A DNA stretch of 64,000 bases, filler included, from an uncultured bacterium (GTDB taxonomy: Bacteria > CAYJOG01), in the NCBI GenBank assembly GCA_964371695.1. It is 17 parts of 17 records of this genome, joined end to end, with 100 filler letters (N's around TTAATTAATTAA, not from the genome) between each part and the next. Parts side by side here need not be neighbours in the genome. Positions count along the whole stretch, not along the records: positions 57,629 to 61,328 come from CAYJOG010000364.1; positions 61,429 to 64,000 come from CAYJOG010000491.1; 15 more parts are not named here. One strand, written 5' to 3'. Of the stretch, positions 58,985 through 64,000 are shown in pieces. Below the pieces are notes generated by a model that was given only the letters and a program-made list of their open reading frames with translations, searched no databases and was not told the DNA's origin. Numbering within the stretch: the stretch's first letter is position 1; every line of letters starts with the position of its first letter. A program made the position numbers and the translations under genes.

Positions 58985-61147
58985 TCATTCAAAAAATATC
59001 TTCACGCTGTCGCCGGGATTCAGCACAGTGGTGAAACCGGCGGGCTGGCCGTTGACCTGCATCCGCAGCAGCGTGCCCTGACGTTTTTGCGGATCGATGG
59101 GATATTCCTTGAGCACGTCGCTGAGGATGGGGGTGCGGTTGGCGGTGGATTCCACGTCCAGATCGGTGTCTTCCGTCACCATGTCGGTGAGTTGCACCAG
59201 TTTGCCGTGCATGCGCACCGCAGGCGTGAGCTGGAGTGTAAAAGGCCGGTCGTTCACCGTCAGGTTCAGGCTGGGGGCCTCAATGCCCGCTTCGTGCAGA
59301 ATGTCCTGCACGCTCACGGCGGCCTGGTGGGTTTTCCAGTCCACACGGTCGCCGTCGTTGATGTGGGTGGTGAGGGTGGCGGGCATGCCGTTCACCGTCA
59401 CGTCCACCAGGGCTTTGCGAAACTCCAGGGTCTCGGCCATGGTGCGGATACGCACATGGCGATAGCTGTTGGGGCCAAGGCCGGCGTCGAGATATTCCAG
59501 CAGATCCTGCACGCCTTGCACGGTCTTCACCTGCACCACGGCGCGGTCCTTGATGGGTTCGTCCAGGTCGGCCCGGCGGCCATTGAGCATCACCAGCACC
59601 CGCACGGTGGTGGGGCGACCATTCACCAGCAAAGACCACTCCTGATGAATGCCTTCTTCCTGCAACAGCTCGCGGCAGGTGATGAGCGCGTCTTCGCCCC
59701 GCAGGCCCTCCTTGATTTCGATGCGGTCGCCTTCTTCCACCTGCTGGTCCAGGTTCGCTTCGGCGTCGTTCAGCAGAATCCCTGGCGGCGGCCCCACCTT
59801 GCCCTTGACCAGACGGATGCGGCCGTTCACCTCCAGCGACAGGCTGCGGCCAATCTTGCCCTTCAGGCGGTCCATGGAAAACCCGGCGGCGATGAGGGCA
59901 TCCTTGAGCTGAATGTGGTCCACCAGCTCCAGCACCCGCACCAGCGCGCCGTTCACATACACGCTCTTGAACCGGAAACCCCGGCCAAACACCGCCTGAT
60001 GCGCAATGGCGAAGGGCGTGATGAACTCTGGTGTGCTCAGGTTTTCGGGCAGGTTTTCGATGCGCCGCAGGCTGTTGACGTAGCGCACCGCCACGCGGCT
60101 TTTGGAGAGATCGAACTTGTCGCAGAGGTGATCAGCCAGCCCCGGCGTGAGGGCCCCGCCCCCCACCAGCATCACCACTTCGGGGGCCTTCTGGTTGAGG
60201 GGCATGACTTCGGCGTGGACTTGCCCGGCGATGCGCTCGGCCACTTCGCCGATGGTGGCGGAAATTTCCTGGTAACTCACCGTGTGGTTCTGACCCAGGA
60301 TGTCCTCGAACTCGATGGTTTCCTGATCGTTGACCGGGCGGAACTTCTTGAGCCGCTCGGCGGTGTCGAAATGCACCAGATAACGGTCCACCAGACACTC
60401 GGTCACTTCGTCGCCCGCAATGGGCACCATGCCGTAACCAAACACCGCGCCATCGCGGGTCAGCGCAATGTCGCTGGTGCCTGCCCCCACGTCGAGCAAA
60501 AGAATGTTGAGGCGGCGGATATCCTCCGGCACCACAAACTCCAGGGCCACAATCGGCTCCAGGTTGATCATTTCCACGTCCAGACCGCTGCGCTCCAGCA
60601 CGGCATACATGCTGTCCACCACGGTTTTGGGCAAAAAGGTGCTGATCAGCTCGGTGCCGATGGTCTCGCCCCGCTGACCCACGAGGTTTTTGATGGGGAA
60701 GCCATCCAGCAAAAAACGCTGGGTGCTGTAACCCACGCAGTAATAATCATCAAACTGCTTGTATTGCTCCAGCAGGCGGTTCTGGGCTTCCTGAATCGCC
60801 GCCAGTTCCAGCAGGCGCACTTCCTCTGGCGTGATTTCGCGGGGTTGCACCTTCATGCTGGCTTCGCCGCGCTGGGTCATCAGGGCGCGTCCGGCCACCG
60901 CCACGCTGGCGGTGTTCAGGGGATACCCCGCGACCGCCTCCAGTTCCTCGCGGATACGCTTGACCACGCGGGTGACTTCCTCCACGTCCTGAATCATGCC
61001 GTCGAGCATGGAACGCACAGGGTGTTCCACCATGCCGTGGCCGTGATAAAGAATCCCCTTGTCGCCTTTCTCAAAGAGAATGCCCACCACGTTACGGGTG
61101 CCGATGTCCAGCGCGAAGTGCAGCTTCTTTTCTTTCGATTCCTTCAT
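58985..61147 (-). CDS. FtsA-like actin-fold ATPase with C-terminal ThiS/ubiquitin-like repeats
   Basis: FALDIGTR, LEPI.A, DVGAGTSDIA, AGDE.T, VGGG..T; repeated NG...L...GD.V units. Confidence 0.85.
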   Translation of the reverse strand: MKESKEKKLHFALDIGTRNVVGILFEKGDKGILYHGHGMVEHPVRSMLDGMIQDVEEVTRVVKRIREELEAVAGYPLNTASVAVAGRALMTQRGEASMKVQPREITPEEVRLLELAAIQEAQNRLLEQYKQFDDYYCVGYSTQRFLLDGFPIKNLVGQRGETIGTELISTFLPKTVVDSMYAVLERSGLDVEMINLEPIVALEFVVPEDIRRLNILLLDVGAGTSDIALTRDGAVFGYGMVPIAGDEVTECLVDRYLVHFDTAERLKKFRPVNDQETIEFEDILGQNHTVSYQEISATIGEVAERIAGQVHAEVMPLNQKAPEVVMLVGGGALTPGLADHLCDKFDLSKSRVAVRYVNSLRRIENLPENLSTPEFITPFAIAHQAVFGRGFRFKSVYVNGALVRVLELVDHIQLKDALIAAGFSMDRLKGKIGRSLSLEVNGRIRLVKGKVGPPPGILLNDAEANLDQQVEEGDRIEIKEGLRGEDALITCRELLQEEGIHQEWSLLVNGRPTTVRVLVMLNGRRADLDEPIKDRAVVQVKTVQGVQDLLEYLDAGLGPNSYRHVRIRTMAETLEFRKALVDVTVNGMPATLTTHINDGDRVDWKTHQAAVSVQDILHEAGIEAPSLNLTVNDRPFTLQLTPAVRMHGKLVQLTDMVTEDTDLDVESTANRTPILSDVLKEYPIDPQKRQGTLLRMQVNGQPAGFTTVLNPGDSVKIFFE

Positions 61148-61191
61148 GAAAGCCACTATAACAATGGGGGCCAACCTTCATCAACGGATGT

Positions 61192-61275
61192 TAGAGCCTG
61201 TTTTAAAAGTGGGTTAGGTGAGCATCGCCTGCTCGGACAGGCTCTTGCGGCCATGGATGGCCGCATCCGAAAGCC
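61192..61275. repeat. MITE-like repeat related to 42388-42474
   Basis: TAGAGCCTGTTT..ACAGGCTCTTGCGG..CATGGATG..CCGC..AAAGCC. Confidence 0.7.
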
Positions 61276-61440
61276 GAAACTTTGAAAAAGTTGAGGTTTT
61301 CGCCACGCTGAGGGGGCTTTGCCCCCGANNNNNNNNNNNNNNNNNNNNNNNNNNNNNNNNNNNNNNNNNNNNTTAATTAATTAANNNNNNNNNNNNNNNN
61401 NNNNNNNNNNNNNNNNNNNNNNNNNNNNATCCTGTGGGGT

Positions 61441-61553
61441 GCGGCGCAAGCGGGCTTTGCCTGCGCCGCGCCGGGCCGCAGCCGTTCACGACGAATGGCA
61501 AGGCCAAATAAAAGATTCCAATTCCTGCTGTCTGGAATTGGAATCGGTATGAG
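61441..61553. repeat. Structured repeat upstream of cysteine desulfurase
   Basis: Direct homolog of 53289-53400. Confidence 0.8.
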
Positions 61554-61610
61554 TGTCAAAAACGGCCGGGCCCACAAAACCAATCACACGGCGGCGAGGC
61601 CGGTGGACTG

Positions 61611-62768
61611 ATGCCTTCCGGCGGCGGCATTTATCTGGACCACAACGCCACCACGCCCACGCACCCCAAGGTGATGGCGGCCATGGCCCCGTGGTTTTCC
61701 GAAGGGTTTGGCAACCCCAGCAGCATTCACGCCCTGGGTGTGAACGCCCGTTACGCCATTGAGTCCGCACGGGAAAAAGCCGCTGCTGCTTTGGGGGTGT
61801 CCGCCGAAAGCGTGGTGTTCACCGGCGGGGGCACCGAGTCCAACAATCTGGCGGTGCTGGGCGCTTTCTGGGGAGCCAAAGGGGCGCAGCGGCACATCGT
61901 TTGCAGCAGCATCGAGCATTCCTCGGTGCGGCGCACGGTGGAGTATCTGGAACAAAACCACGGGGCCAGCGTGACGTGGTTGGGCGTGGGCTGCTGTGGT
62001 CGTGTGAACCCCGCCGAAGTGGCCGCCGCGCTCACGCCCCACACCGTGCTGGTGTGCCTGATGGCCGCCAACAACGAAACCGGCGTGGTGCAGCCGGTGA
62101 GCGAGATCAGCGCCCTGTGCGGCGAAAAACGGATTCTCTTTCACTGCGACTCGGTGCAGCTTTTTGGCAAGGGTCCGCTGCCAGACGCCCTGCGGTTGCC
62201 TCATGTCACCCTGGCCATCAGTGCTCACAAGTTTTATGGCCCCAAGGGGGTGGGGGCGCTGGTGGCGTCGCCTGCGCTGGCGCTGCCGCCGATGATCCAT
62301 GGTGGAGGCCAGGAGCGGGGTTTGCGCTCCGGCACCGAAAACACGCCGGGCATTGTGGGCCTGGGCGAGGCCGCCGCGTTGCAATCCGACGCAAACGCGA
62401 AAGATCACCTGCTGCAACTGCGACAGGCCCTGTGGGCCGCGTTGCAGGACGGCATATCGGGCATTGTGCAGAACGGCGACCCAACCCACACGCTGCCGGG
62501 CACGCTTTCGGTGAGCATTCCCCAGGTGAAGGGGCCAGACGTGGTGCGCCGCCTGAGCCAGCAGGGGGTTTACATCAGCGCGGGCAGCGCGTGCAGCAGT
62601 GGCAGGCGCGAACTCAGTCCGGTGATCCGCGCCCTGGGTCTGGACGAGCGTATCCCCTGGGGGGCGCTGCGCCTCAGCCTGGGACACGGCAACACATTGG
62701 CGCAGATTCACACCGCAGCCCAGGCGGTGGTGCAGGTGGTGGGAGAGTTGCGGGCGGGTGTGGCGTGA
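61611..62768 (+). CDS. iscS: Cysteine desulfurase (IscS/NifS type I)
   Basis: YLDHNATTP, GNPSS.H, NNETG, SAHKFYGPKG, RSGTEN, SAGSACSS. Confidence 0.9.
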   Translation: MPSGGGIYLDHNATTPTHPKVMAAMAPWFSEGFGNPSSIHALGVNARYAIESAREKAAAALGVSAESVVFTGGGTESNNLAVLGAFWGAKGAQRHIVCSSIEHSSVRRTVEYLEQNHGASVTWLGVGCCGRVNPAEVAAALTPHTVLVCLMAANNETGVVQPVSEISALCGEKRILFHCDSVQLFGKGPLPDALRLPHVTLAISAHKFYGPKGVGALVASPALALPPMIHGGGQERGLRSGTENTPGIVGLGEAAALQSDANAKDHLLQLRQALWAALQDGISGIVQNGDPTHTLPGTLSVSIPQVKGPDVVRRLSQQGVYISAGSACSSGRRELSPVIRALGLDERIPWGALRLSLGHGNTLAQIHTAAQAVVQVVGELRAGVA

Positions 62769-62846
62769 GCGCGTGTTGATAAAGGTGTTTTTGGAATTGA
62801 TGGAGATGGAGCCCCCATCGGAGGCTCATACAGGGCAATGCCCACT

Positions 62847-63115
62847 CCCTCTCCCCTTGAGGGAGAGGGTTGGGGTGAGGGGTTTGTTCAAAAACAAAAA
62901 ACCAAACAGTTGTTTATGCTTTTTGTTTGAACCCCGGCACTGTCGTGCCGCTGGGCGCGCCCGGCAGCATCAATATGCTGCCGCAGCCCCAAAAGACCAC
63001 CCGCGCCCATTACCCGGATGGATTGGCCTTTTGAGGCCAAGCCATCCGACCTCTCCCTCAAGGGGAGAGGTGAAGGACCGCCTCACTTTTTGCGACCATT
63101 TCCGAAAACGCTCTA
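62847..63115. repeat. Composite CCCTCTCCC-type repeat element (copy B)
   Basis: Homologous to 28312-28585 with a rearranged internal module. Confidence 0.85.
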
Positions 63116-63152
63116 ACGCACCGGGAAAATTGTTTACCATGGCGGCCAGTTC

Positions 63153-64000
63153 ATGAAACGTGACTGGACCCTTGCCCGATTTGTGTTGTTGCTGGTGGCC
63201 GACGTGCTGCTGGTCAACCTCACGGTCTACCTTTCGTTTCTGGTGGTGTTTGGCCTGGGGCATGTGCCGGCGCGCAACTTCAACGCCTGGCTGCACGTGT
63301 GGTGGAGCATCAGCCTGCTCAAGGTGATGGTGTTTCAACTGGCCGGGCTTTATGACAACCCCGAAGAACAAACGGCCCTGGGCCTGGGGCTGCTGAGTGC
63401 CTGGGGGTCTTTCCTGGCCAGCGTGGGTGTGATGGCCGTGGCGTTTTTCAGCCGCGATTTCGCTTTTCCCCGCAGCGTGGTGGGGGTGAACTTTTTTCTC
63501 ACGGCCCTGCTGGTGTGGATGAGCCGCGTGGTGGTGCTGGTGTGGGTGCGGCGCTCGCTGGGGCCGCTGCGATTGTTGTGTGTGGGGGTGCCGGTGCTGG
63601 AAAGCTGGCAGGACATGCAACTGGAAAGCATTCGGGAAATCCCCATCGCCGAGGCCACGCCAGAGCACATCCGTGCCAGCAAACTGGCTGGTGGCCGCAC
63701 GGCGCTGGTGGCTCCCCGCGAGTGCCCGGTGGTGGGCGGCTGGCTCAAGGCCGGACTGGTGGACGAACCGGGCCTGGACATTCTGCTGGCCCCGCAACTG
63801 AGCGACTGCATGATGGGCCTGGGGGCCTTTCGTGTGTTGGGCGACCTGCCGGTGATGCCGCTCAGGGCCATTCCCATGAACATGCGCCAGCGGGGCATGA
63901 AACGCACCATGGATCTGTTTTTTGCCGTGCCCGCCCTGTTGGTGCTGGGGGTGCTGCTGGTTTTTCTTGCGCCGCTGATGTGGCTCACCCAGGGCTGGGG
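63153..64000 (+). CDS. Polyprenyl glycosylphosphotransferase (WcaJ/WbaP-like sugar transferase), runs off window end
   Basis: Read manually (absent from ORF track): MKRDWTLARF, 4 TM with FPRSV, then KRTMDLFF..LL.L. Confidence 0.8.
   Translation, partial: MKRDWTLARFVLLLVADVLLVNLTVYLSFLVVFGLGHVPARNFNAWLHVWWSISLLKVMVFQLAGLYDNPEEQTALGLGLLSAWGSFLASVGVMAVAFFSRDFAFPRSVVGVNFFLTALLVWMSRVVVLVWVRRSLGPLRLLCVGVPVLESWQDMQLESIREIPIAEATPEHIRASKLAGGRTALVAPRECPVVGGWLKAGLVDEPGLDILLAPQLSDCMMGLGAFRVLGDLPVMPLRAIPMNMRQRGMKRTMDLFFAVPALLVLGVLLVFLAPLMWLTQGW

Noticed and set aside
53396-62768. thiS + FtsA-Ubl + iscS as one ubiquitin-like conjugation system
   Set aside because: The three genes lie on different contigs, the Ubl repeats lack a terminal GG, and no E1/E2/JAB genes are visible.

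Overview
High-GC bacterial sequence made of about 17 short draft-assembly contigs joined by N-runs carrying an artificial TTAATTAATTAA spacer, plus a few internal N gaps. Neighbourhoods are only meaningful within a contig. Content is mostly core and envelope genes: murA, uppS-cdsA, kdsD-like, wecA/tagO-like, PBP1A, ugd, purA, rarA, coaE, thiS, iscS-like, hppA, a P-type ATPase, ABC transporters, glycosyltransferases and two beta-barrel OMPs. It also holds a PerR-rubrerythrin-FeS oxidoreductase locus, an RsbV-RsbW-SigB-like module, VapBC and a pentaheme cytochrome. I saw no rRNA, tRNA, CRISPR array or intact transposase. Highlights: (i) a SigB-type partner-switching operon ending in an Amt-family protein whose ammonium-binding residues are substituted; (ii) an FtsA-like actin ATPase fused to about 5 ubiquitin-like repeats; (iii) degenerate pseudo-enzymes (WecB-like, LytM-like) in cell-wall operons; (iv) a nested, modular set of REP/REPIN/MITE-like intergenic elements, one with a 12-bp target-site duplication; (v) several proteins resembling eukaryote-characterised families (Na,K-ATPase, PRELI, PTGES2, HACL2). 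All family assignments come from motifs read by eye; no database searches were run.
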